DNA from: Octopus vulgaris
Lineage: Eukaryota
Direction of reading: 5' to 3'
DNA length: 64,000 bases
NCBI GenBank assembly: GCA_951406725.2
Contig: OX597814.1
Location: 206,708,001-206,772,000, forward strand
In this document: positions 50,601 to 63,487 of the stretch, in pieces
Layout: each line of letters starts with the position of its first letter
How positions within the stretch are numbered: position 1 is the first letter of the stretch
The notes under the pieces: model-generated
What the model was told of the DNA's origin: nothing
Seen by the model: the letters and a program-made list of their open reading frames with translations, nothing else
The model's database searches: none
Program-made: the position numbers and the translations under genes

Positions 50601-53526
50601 TCCTATCAGTACAGAGGGGTTCTACTAAAAGGGTAGGTTCTACTGATTAGGGATTTGATAGGGTTGCCTGGCCTTTCAACAAACTTAATCCTTAGCTTAA
50701 GTTTGTCTAGAGCCCTTCTAGAGCAGTACACCAGTTCACCTCTAGTGGTGGTGTTGACGAACATGACACTCTGGTATTTATGGCTATCATACCAAGAGCT
50801 GGCCTTCCCTATTTTCTTCTTAGTCCTTTCAATGGTGTTCCATGACTTGCTCCTATAGAGTGGGCAAATCCCATTCCTATCATCACATATGATAGTTTCA
50901 AATTTCCTCATGGCTCCTTTGTATACTCTGATCCTTTCTTTATGGCTGTAACCTGAGAACTGCATGCGGTGAATGAAATGTTGTATGTGTGTCTTTAATT
51001 CTGTCGGGTTGCACATGTGGGACACATTTTGCATTATTCTGATGTGGTCTGCCATCAAAATATTAAATTTGGCATTGTCCGCGATAGCTGAGTTCTGGTG
51101 GATCAAGTATTTGGAGGATATAGGTTTGGCATAGTGTGAATGAAGGACTTGGGTTTTATTATTTTCAGTTTCCAGGCAGAGTTCTGTATCTAGTACTGGT
51201 AGTCTATGGTTAGAGTTTTTAGTAGGGTAGTGACCTTAATACTCTGGTGGATGGAGTTGGTTATTTGCTAGATACTCCCAATAGTATTAGTTTCTATTTC
51301 TATTTCAAGAGTACTCTCTTGTGGGGGTGCCCTTACCACTATGTTGATATCATCAACATAGCAAGAGTACATGTTCACGAGTATGGAGTTTTGTGCCAGA
51401 TGTTCCTTAAGCCTTCTGTCCCACCATACCATGAAAAGGTTGGCCACATCACCGGCGATACTAACGCCAATGGCTGCCCCCTCGTCCTGGGCATATATTT
51501 TGTTGTTAAACTTAAATGTGTAGACTTTGAGGGTAACTCTTATACTAGCTCCTAGTGCATGTGCAATAATTTTCTTTACCTGAGTATGGCTCTGGTCACT
51601 CTGATCCATCTGCTCCATCTCTCTATAGGGGTCTTCCTAGCCATAGAAGTAATTCTTCAAGCAGTCTATTCATATACTAGAAATAACAGCCAAATCTCAC
51701 ACAAACTCTTTTCCACACATTTTTTAATAAATTTTTTTACCTGTGCTATTCATATGGCCTAGAAGTCGATTATATTGGAATTTTTTCGGAGAAAGCTATT
51801 TGTAGGGGTGGGGATGAGTTTTGACAAAAATCCCAAACTGGTTGGATATGTTTCTCAGGCGATAAAATTTCAGAGAAATTTCCCATGGTAAAAAGAGGTA
51901 TTATTAATACTGTATGGCAAAAAGTTTTTATTTTTTATGCAACTGAAAGTGTTGGAAATTTCCAAAGTGTTTTATTTTTTTTCTACAAAATGAAACTTGA
52001 AAGAACATTTACAAAAAATATGAGTACTGAAATAACAGGAAGTCTTTCCTGGATCTTGAATATTTTTAAACGTACAGCGTGGAAGATGAAACTGTGTTTA
52101 CAGAGATAATGAATTAGATAGAATAATGAAATGAACTAATAAGGTAATTATGGTATGTGCTGAAAAAGAGAGGTTTAGATGTGCTCAGTTCAAAAACAAG
52201 ATTGCTTGTCTGAATATCTTCTGATTTTCTACTCTGTTGGTGAGGTCTTAAAATGAGTAAATTTAAAACAATATTCATGCATTGTAATTAACAGAAATTA
52301 ATTAGGATATTATGTCTTTGCTTGGGTGATGATAAATTAATTGTTTACTTCTAACAGAAATTTGAAGAATATTTCCAAGGAAACACAACAGGTAGTTCAG
52401 CTGCATCATCAGGTAAATACTTTCTTTTTATTTATCTTAAATTTTATTTAGGAAAAAACAAGTGTCTCTTTTCATCATCATCGTCATCGTCACCATCTTC
52501 GTCATCATCGCCACTGTCATCATCATCATCATCATCATTATTCAGAAGGTGAGCTGGCAGAATCATTAGCATGTTGGGCATTTTGTCTGTCCTAACGTTC
52601 TGAGTTCAAATTCCACCTTTCATCCTTTCAGGGACACAATGAAATAAGTACCAGTTACACACTGGGGTCAGTGTAATCAAGAATCCCCTCCTCCAAAACT
52701 TCAGGCCTTGTGAGTTTAATAAAAAAGAGTATTATTATTATTATTGAGTGAGAGAGCAATGCATGCCAACAAAGTGACCGTGGGGTACAAATATACAAAG
52801 TCCAGTATACCCATCATGACTACCCATCTGATAAGGGTACACCAGGCACATGCATCACGACCATATGTGTGTGACATTATGATCTCATAACAAGATAAAC
52901 AGTGCATGACCCTTGCAGGTGGGGCCCAGTTAGAAATTCCTTCAGATCGAGAAGCCCAAATAGCTCAAAAGATTACTGAATAAGGTTTGTTTAAGGATGT
53001 TGAATGAAACACTTATATTTCCAAAGGGGAATTATTCAATACCCCAAAAATTCCCTTTCAACACATGGCTATGATGCTCCCCCACTACTTCTGCTCATGA
53101 TCAGAGATGCACATACCATCAGCCACTAAGGGACATACTCAACTGGTTATGGTCAAACAACTAACAAGCAAATCTGTGGTATTGAGCTGAATATTTGCTG
53201 TAACCCATCTTTCATACCAAGACAAAACAATGTACATGATAACACTTCTAATCAGTTAAGATCAGAAGCCACGAGAGCCACTGCCTGGTACTGCATCATC
53301 ATTATTATTATTATTATTATCATTATTATTCAGTAGTATATTTTTTTATATCGTGCTTTCACTTCACTACCGAGCGCAGCTCTGTGTGCCTTGGGTTTGT
53401 GCTGTGATTTGTTGTGATGCTCTGATGGTTATTGTATGGAAAGTGTTCTGCGTAGGATGTGTGCAGTGCCTAGTAGTGCAATTTTCTGTATGTTATATGT
53501 GTTTGTAAGTCCTGGTGTTATTGTTG

Positions 53527-53583
<57 letters not shown>

Positions 53584-56500
53584 TTAATATCATCATCATC
53601 ATCATCATCATCTTCTTCTTCTTCTTCTTCTTCTTCTTCTTCTTCTTCTTCTTCTTCTTCTTCTTCTTCTTCTTTCAATTTCATTTCCATTCCTTGCCAA
53701 GTGTCTTCCCAACATCTAGGACAAAAAAGTTCACTTTGTACATGTGGTAGGCCATTAAAATAAACATACCATTTACAAAGTCATATAAAAAAAGGGGAAA
53801 AAAGAAAAAAAAAGTAAACAAGGAAAATAAAAGGAAAAAGGAAATAAAATTCACAGTGGCAATTCTCTTCTCAGTGTGTGTGATGTGGCAGTTAAAACAA
53901 TCTTAACAAAAATTTTAAAAATAAACAAAGAAAACAAAAGGGAAAAAAAGAAAGAAAATTCACAGCAACAATGCTCTTCTCAATACGTGTGACCAGTTAC
54001 CAGTTAAGACAATCTTTTGCACTTCCTGCATGGATGGTAAGCCAAGGATCATTCTTAAATAATTTTCAGTTCCTTTTTTGATCATTCCAAGTGCTCCTAC
54101 AATCACTGGTATTGTAGCCATCTTGAGATGCCACATCTTTTTGATTTCAATCAGCAGATCTTTATATTTTCTGAGCTTATCAAATTCTTTTGCTGAGATA
54201 TCATAGACACAAAGTACGCTCACATCAATCAATAAACAGACTTTATTGTTTTGGTCTTTCACAACAATTTCTGGTTTATTAGCTTTGATGGTCACATCTG
54301 TACATACTGGGAAGTCCCAAAGAATCATTACATTTTCTCCCTCTCTAACAGCCTCAGGGTGGTGCTTGTACCATTTGTCAGCAGTTTTGATTTTATGATA
54401 CTGATACATTATCCAAAGTAGATATTGGCCAACACTGTCGTGTCTTGATCTCTACTCTACAGGTGGTAAAAACCTTGGATCAAGAGATTAGGTGGTCCAC
54501 TGTTTCAATCACATCCTTGCAGTATTAGCACTTTGGGTCTACACAATTTTTCATCACATTGTCTTGATAGTTCCAGGTCAATAATCTCTGCTCTTGGGCA
54601 GCCAAGATAAAGCCTTCACTCTCTGCCTTTAGCCCTGAGCTTTGTAGCCACTGATGGGTGTGCTTCTGGTCTACATCAGCTTGTTTGCTATGGGCCACAT
54701 ATTTGCCATGCTGGGGTTTTTGTTCCCACCAATCAACCAATTGTTCAAACGCATTTTGCTTTCCTATTGGTTTCACCTTCTTTGCAACTAGAGTTGTTGC
54801 ACTTCCCTCATGCTGTTCAACCTGGGTGTTTATGTATAAACTCACTTGAACATTTTTTGCTCTCCTTCATTACAGAAGGAAGCTTCTTGTCTTTCATGCT
54901 TTTCAATGAGATTTAGCATCCATTTATTAGATGTTTCAAGATATTTGGCCAGTCCAGTTGTGATGGTTTTGTAGGAGATTTCAAATCGAACCAAGCCTTG
55001 ACCTCCTTGAGCTCTGGGTAGGTAAAGACGATCTGCGTCGGCCTTTGGGTGGTGCATCTTTTTCCTTATTGATTTTCCTGTCAGTGTTCCTTATCTTGAC
55101 TGTGTCAACATCCAACTCCATTGAATGTGAGGTCTTCAGTTTCCCTTTCTGGAAAGTAACCGTAGCAGATTTATCAAGACCAAATTTCATCCCAATCATC
55201 ATCATTATCATCATCATCAAGATCGTTTAACGTCTGTTTTCCAAGCTAGCATGGGTTGGATGGTTCGATCAGGGTCTGGGAAGCCTGGAGGCTGCACTAG
55301 GCTCCAGTCTGATCTGGTAGTGTTTCTACAAATGAATGCCCTTCTTATGCCAACCACTCTGTGAGTGTAGTGAGTGCTTTTTATGTGCCACCAGTACAGG
55401 AGCCAGGGGAGGCTGGCAACGCCCACGATCGGTTGGTGCTTTTTATGTGCCACCAACATGAGTATCACAACTACAATTTCCATTTGATTTTTATTTTGAT
55501 GTTGATGTACTTGACTCAATATGTCTCCTCAAGCACAGCGATTCACCCTACGATCTAAGGTAAACACAGCAGGCTGTCCTGCGAGCCATGAACTCACTTC
55601 ATTTATCAGGACTTCACTGTCACAGCATATCTCCAGAGGTCTTGGTCTTTCGTCACTGCCTCTGTGAGGCCCAACGTTCAGAGGTCATGCCGGACTACCT
55701 CATCCCATGTCTTCCTGGGTCTACCCCTTCCTCTGATACCTTCAACTGTTTGGGAGTGGCACTTCTTCACACATCTCTCCTCATCCATCCTTAGTACATG
55801 ACCATACCAGCGCAAACTTCTCTCTTGCACGCCACATCCGATGCTTCTTATGTCCAACATTTCTCTCAGGGCACTTACACTCTGTCGTGTGTGCACGCTG
55901 ACATTACACATCCAGCAGATCATGCTAGCTTCATTTCTTTTGAGCCTATGCATATCCTCCACTGTCACAGCCCATGTTTCACTGCTGTGAAGAATGGCAT
56001 TTTGCACACTTGCATCATACAATCTACCTTTCACTCTGAGAGAGAGACCCTTTGTCACCAGTAGTGGTAGAAGCTTTCTAAACTTTGTCCAGGCTATTCT
56101 TATTCTAGTGGCAACACTCTCTGAGCATCCACCCCCACTACTAACTTGGTCACGTAGGTCACGGAAATTATCAACTACTTCTAGTTTCTCCCACTGGAGG
56201 TATGATGGAATCTGTTTTCTGAGTATCTGTGGTGTCTATTGCTCCTGTGCATCTGCTGCACATGAAAGCTATCTTCTCGGTTAACCTTCCTTTGATGTTG
56301 CTACAACTCTTATGCATCCATAGCTTACACTGGGTACATCTTAAGGAGTTTCTACCCACACCTTTTCTACAGATCAAGCAGGGCCACCTACCTGAAGGGG
56401 TGTTTGATGTGTTCACCTTCCTACTTACTAGAACTTTGGTTTTTGCAATGTAGACTCTAAGGCCCTTCAATTCTAAACCTTGCTTCCACACCTGAAATTT

Positions 56501-59500
56501 CTTCTCTTGTTCTGATAGTGATTCTGCTACAAGGGCTAGGTCGTCAGCATAGTGGAGCTCCCAGGCGCAACCTGTCTTGAATTCCTGTTATTGCCTGGAG
56601 GACTATAATGAATAAAAGGGGACTGAGGGCTGATACTTGGTGAACCCTACTTCTACCCGTAATTCTTCACTATATTCATTGCCAGCCCTAACCTTACCAA
56701 CAACATCTCTGGTTAAGGCGTGTACAGCCCTTATTAACCATTCGTCAATCTCCAGTTTTCACATCACCCACCAGATAAGGGATCGGGGGACCCTGTCAAA
56801 GGCTTTCTCCAAGTCCCCAAAAGCTAAGTTGAGGGGTTTATCTTTAGCTAGGTATTTCTCCTGCAGTTGTCAAACCAGGAATACGGCATCAGTGGTGCTT
56901 CTGCCTGGAACAAAACCGAACTGTATCTCATCTAAGCAGACTCTCACCCTAATGAGATGGGCTATGATCCCCTCTATCACCTTCATCACCTGATCCAGCA
57001 GTTTGATACCCCTGTAGTTATTTCTATCTAAAGCATCACTTTCACCTTTATAGAAGTTGACTATGGTGCTGTTACACCAGTCATTGGGTATGACTCCATT
57101 ATGAACTACCTGGTTTACAATGCGGGTGACTAGGCCATAGCCCACACCACCAGATGTTTTAAGCCTCTCAGCAGTGATTCCTAATGGGCTAGGGTCTTTT
57201 CCTGGCTTCATACCCTTAATTGCTTTATCTACATGGGAGCTGTCTGTTCGGATAGCTGGTCCCTCTACTGGGTCAACATTTGGCAGGTTTTCCTCCTCCC
57301 TTCATTCTCCACATTCAGCAGCCTTTCATAATAGCATTTCCAAGCTTCTTTCTTTTGAAAATCATTAAAAGCAAGTGCACCATCATCCATTCAGACACAT
57401 TTCTCTCCTGTGACATCACTATTTTCTCTCACATACTGTCTTGCAATCTGAAATACTTCAGTTCTTTGGTCCTCACGTTGCTTGACATTGACAAACTTCT
57501 TCTTTACCGCTTCACTCTTGGCTATGTATACCTGCTGCCCAGCCTCCCTTTTGGCTACCTGGTACAGTTCCCTGCTACCCACATCCCTCCAGGCTTTCCA
57601 GGCCTGTTTCTTTGATCTAATGGCCTTGTCTACTGTACTATTCCACCACTACGTAACTCTGGGTCTGGAAGGGACTTTGCACCATCCTCAGACTTGGTCT
57701 GTTGCACTCAGTAAGCTGTCCTGTAGGAATTTCCTGCTACCTTCTATGTCCGATGTCTGTAGCTCCACCTTCCTCTCTTCAAATTTCTTGATGAAGATGT
57801 CCCTAAATCTCTGACCATGTGAAGGTTTCTTTAGCCTTCAAATCCTTCTTTTTGGGATTGGTCTGCTTCTTGGTATCCTTCTGGCCTTGAACCTAAAGTC
57901 ACTAAGGACTAGCCTATGCTGTGGGGTACATTCTTCACCCGGGAGGGTCTTTGTATATAAGAGCAACCCTGTGTCCTGCTATCTGGTGAGGATGAAATCA
58001 ATCTGGCTAGCAGAGTCACCTGATTGATAGGTTATCAGGTGGCTGTCTGGCTTCCTAAATTTAGTGTTGCAGATTAAAAGGTTACATGCATCACAGAACT
58101 CCAGTAGTCTAGTTCCCTCATCGTTCCGAGCACCAATAACATGGCCCCCATGTACGCCAGTGAACATAACAGATTCCCGCCCAACATACCCATTAAAATC
58201 TCCAACCACAAAGATGAGGTCTTTGCCACTCGTCTTTGAGGTAGCCTGTAGAAGGGTATCATAAAAATGGTCCTTCTGAGCATTTAGTAGGGCCACTTGC
58301 GGGGGCGTAGGCAGAGATGATTGTAGCTGTGCTGTTCTGCAGGACTAGCCTGAGCTTAAGCACTCTATCGCATACCCTAACAACCTCTATGACTTTATCC
58401 ACCCATTCATCCACAAGGAGTATGCCTATACCCCCTACACCATCCATGTTACCTTGCCAGAAGACTTTATACCTATGTGCCTTGCCTGTGAGGACCCTAG
58501 CTGAAGCTCCTCTCCATCTTTCCTCTTGTATGCAGCATACATCAAAGTGTCTTTCTAGCATCTCTACAATCTCACTAGACCTACCTTTCAGTGTACCAAC
58601 ATTGACAGTGCCAACTCTGAAAACTGGGAAGGGAATGTGGGGTTAGGTTTGGGGAGGAGGGATGTTATTGTCATCACTAAATGCTTTCACATTATGTAGC
58701 AGTCCTTCAAGCTCAGTATCGTCTTTGCCACAGAGTTTTCAGTCATCCATATAAAATAGATGACTTGTTTTCTTGTCACCAATTTTATATCCATACCCTA
58801 TTCTGTTGAATTCATTTGTAAGGAGTATTAGGGCTATGCAGAAAATTGAAGGTGAAAGTGAGTCGCCTTGGAAAATTCCACAGTTGATATTAATATTTTT
58901 TGTGGTCAGTACCCCATCAGAGTTGTATAATTGGAGATTTGTATTTCACACTGAATATTGTGCTTCAGAAAATTTGAAATCACAGAAGAAATTAAGAAGC
59001 AATTTCAAGATCCATGAATGCTGTATGCTGTCAAAGACCACTGTGTAATCAATTCATGCAGCACTAAGATTTCTGGGTTTGTTATGACAGTTCTCAAGGA
59101 ACATGTGATTGATTAAGAGTTCATCTCTGCATCCATATGAGCCTCATCAGCCCCTATTTTTGTTCAGTGGGTTGAAAATATTGTTTTGTTTCCTTAATTT
59201 GTATGCATTCTCCACAGGGATGGATGTTGAAATTTTATATGTGTTAGAGAGACATGTTATGAGCCAATAGTTTTGGGGAAATTTGGTTTTCTTATTCTTC
59301 TGGAATAACCAATCGGTATTTTCATAGGATCACTCATAATTTCATTCAATGCCTGAACTTAATTTTCATGTGCACATGGGAGTGATGCGAGCCAGAAATT
59401 TGGCACCCTGTCATTACCAGGGGATTTCCACATATGAACCTTTGTGAGCACCATCCTCAGCTTTGCTATTGTGATGTCTTACCATGCTTGTTCTGGTAAG

Positions 59501-60415
59501 TTTTGGTAGGATCCTTCTGTATGTCTAACCCAGTCTTTATTTCCATGCATCACTCCAGATATTTTTCTAAAAGTTCCAACTTCTTCCATGGGAGTGGAGT
59601 CTTGAATGGTTTTCCCTATTTCTCAGTAGAATGTTTTTGCATTGGATGCAAACAGCTTATTTTGCTTTTCAGGAGAAAAACTAAGGCTTTCAGAAGTTAT
59701 AATGAAGGTTCAATTTAAATAATTAGTTTACGAAATTACAAAGATTATTTCAAAGATAGTATGGAAATTTTTAGCCATATCCATAATACCGACTACCAGC
59801 TTTTTCTAAATACATAAAACTGTACATCACTTCAAACAATATATGCATATACATATATATATATATGTGTGTGTGTGTGTGTATGTATATATATATGCAT
59901 GTATATAAATTAAGAAATGGAGTTAAACGCAGGTGTTATTCAAATCTTTTTACTTCTGACATGTTTCGAAGGAAACATTGGTACTATTTCTGAGGGAATA
60001 AAATGATGTAAAACAATGTAATCATCACATCATGGGAGAAAATAGAAACAAAACACATCAATAAGCCATTTTAACCGAATGTGATAACTGCATATATGAT
60101 GAAGGGGAATGCAAGATGATTACATTGTTTTACATCATTTTATTTCCTAAGGAATAATATCAATGTTTTCTTCGAAACATGTGTCAGAAGTATAAAGATT
60201 TGAATAACACCTGCTTTTAGCTCCATTTCTGAATTTATCTATGTCATTCAAAAACATTTCACTAAACCCTGGGACTTCTACCTTTAAAAATAGGACGTAA
60301 CATTCTTGGTACTTATGTGAATTTTTGCTACCCTGGTAAATATATATTTTTTCCATGTTATTTGTACACATTGAAAACATTCACATACATTTAGTTATAT
60401 GCATACATACATACA

Positions 60416-60447
<32 letters not shown>

Positions 60448-63434
60448 CACACATATATATATACATATCTGAGGCCATCATCATCATAATCTTTTAACAT
60501 CTATTTTCCATGCCAGCAATGGGTTGGATGGTTTGATATCGGTGCAAGGACTGTGTTGTGCTCTAATGTCTGCTTTGGAAGGAGTTCTTCACCACACCCA
60601 CAGCCCAACCCCACCTGCACTCCTACTACTACTACTAAACTATAGTAATCATTAGTAATTCAGTGTCCCTTGTTTATTCCCCAAAGTTTGCCAAAATATT
60701 CCTGTTTTTTATAAACTTTTAACAGAAAAAGGGTTCATAATTTTATTTTTGTTCTGAAATATTTGATTTCTGTTTGAACTTTAGAATCAGTCTTTGATAG
60801 ATGGTCATCAATGGGAGACAAGGAATTAATTAAAATCGTTCAAGTCACAAATGGACCAGAATATGATGACATCCAGGCCACTTTCCGTCAGAATTTGCCT
60901 TCCTATCATATAATGAAAGTTTGTATTTTTATTTCTGTTTATAAACAATATTTGATGGTTAATTGTTAAAACAAAATATTAAGAGACATTTTGTTTGTAT
61001 AAAAGACTTAAATCTCATAGTATGAACTTATTTTGGAATGGTTCCATGCAATTTTGGATATTCACAAAAAAATCTTTGCTCAACAAAAATACCTCTGCTT
61101 TAACTTCTTGCATTGAATTGTAAATGCAACACCATTTTGCAGCTAAACTATTATGCCTTACCAAAATTTACAGTTGAATCAAAATTGGTATCAAATAAAA
61201 AAGCAAAAAAAAAAGCAGATAGGGTTGGGGTTTTTTACCACAAACATTATTTCCTTGTCAAAGAAGTGAACTGATTGTCTTTTCATAAATGTATTTTCCT
61301 TTCTACAGATTGAGAGAATTCAAAATAAAACATTGTACCAGAAATACCAAGCATTGAAAAAACAATTTGAGGCAGATAATCCAAATACTGAAATTGAAGT
61401 TGATGGCCTTTGGCATGGTACTACTGTAGGATCTGTTGATAGAATAAATAAATATGGTTTCAACCATAGCTCTTGTGGTAAAAATGGTAAGTACATATTC
61501 TCAAAGTGGCAATAGTAGTGTCCTCTACCCACCCTTCCTATTGTCCTGAGCTGGACAGTCACTCTCCACATTGATTGCTGTTTAGAATCCTTTCTCACAC
61601 AGAGAGGATGTCATGTTGCTCACACATTCCATGTTTGGCATCGTTTCTACTGCCAGGTCCCCTTCCTAACATCTTCTGCTCTAGAGTAAATCAGGTGTAT
61701 TTTAGTATTGTGGAACCAACACTTTTATTTGGATTGGGAGGAAGGGTCTGTCCCCATCCATTAATGTTCCTCTTGAACCTTTGTAAATGAAAATATTGCA
61801 GGAAAGATAAGAGAAGGGGTGGAATTCCAGAGGGATAATGTTATGAGAAAGAAGGACTAGGTATAGTGGAGAGTCTGCAGGACTGGACAGAAATATCAAC
61901 AAGCGAACACCAGGCCTAGCAATCACCATTCTGAGTTTGTCAATTCTAGATATACTGAGATAATCAATACAGTGTTGTTAACTCTCATTGAAATATTCAA
62001 TGTCTGCTACGGCCTAGAAATTGGTTAAGGGACATTTAATAACTGTACAGAAATCTGATAAACCAGCAGTGGTACCATCACAGAGGTAACTCCATTTAGA
62101 TATCTCAAATGATCTTCTCTCACTAACTCTTTTATCATCTTTTGGAATTAGATTTTGATGTGTATGGTGAATATGGATATGGGGTGAGTAGAAGAGTGGG
62201 GTTCCACAAAATGCCACCCAAACAAGTTCAGTGGTAAATATTGGCAAGGGACAGGCTCTCCCAATGATAAAACATCATTTCCTGAAACCTGTTTGATGTC
62301 ACATGGTGTCATGTGATGACAAAATGTCCTGGATTCAAAGAGATAAGCTCAATATCTCGTGTGATCACTATTAGTGTTGATTACTACCCGGCATCTTCTG
62401 CACATTGAATGCACCAAACGATTGATGAAAGCCATGGGGATAGCAGCTGACACTCTGTTAAAACCTGCAGTGAGTTGTCTCTGAGTTTTCAGTCTTGGAC
62501 GGATGTCATTTAGCCTTCTTTAGGGTTTCATCCCACAGGTGCTCTATAGGGTTTGAGTCTGGACTGAAGCCAGTGTCTAGATGTTGATGTTGTTGGAGGA
62601 AGCCTGTTGTCAACCTGGCAGTATGGTCACGGGCATTGTTATGTCAGAACACGTAATTCCAACAACAGGCAAAGTATGGCACAATGTGAGGTCTCCAAAT
62701 TTGGTCAATATAGCAAGCAACAGTTACTCCATTTCCTCAGCCTTCACCAAAGTTTTGGAAGGCCACCAGTTCAGCATATATATATATATCATCATCATCA
62801 TCATCATCATCATCGTTTAACATCCACTTTCCAAGCTAGCATGGGTTGGACGGTCTGACTGAGGACTAATGAACAAGAGGCTGCATCAGGCTCACTCTGT
62901 TGTGGAAAAGTTTCTATAGCTGGATGCCGTTCCTAATGCTAACCACTCCGAGTGTGTAGTGGGTGCTTTTACATGCCACCGGCACGAGGGCCAGTCAGGT
63001 GGTTCTGACAACAACCATGCTCAAAGGTATTTTTACATGCTACCTTCATTGGAGGTAGTCCGGTGGAACTGGCAATGACCATGCTCAAATGTTGTTTTTC
63101 ACGTGCCACCAGCGGAGGAGCCACTATATGGCCCTGGCAACGATGATGCTCGGTGTGCTTTTAATTTTCCACTGGTACAAGTGCCAATCACGCAGTAGTG
63201 TCATCGGCCACGTCAGCGATTTTGATTTCACTTGCCTCAACAGGTCTTTGCAAGCAAAGTTTATTGTCCAATGAATGAGTGGGGAGGGGGTATTCATAAG
63301 TGGGCTGCTTACACCCACTGGCATAGGCCATGGGCTGTGGTCTCACTTGGCTTGTTTGGTCTTCTGAATCACAGTATATCTCCAAAGGTCCTGGTCACTA
63401 GTCATTGCTTCAGTGAGCCTCAATGTTCAAAGGT

Positions 63435-63487
<53 letters not shown>

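Noticed and set aside
53429-53763. Poly-E/D/N, poly-S and poly-I ORFs
   Set aside because: Compound trinucleotide microsatellite next to a LINE 3' end.
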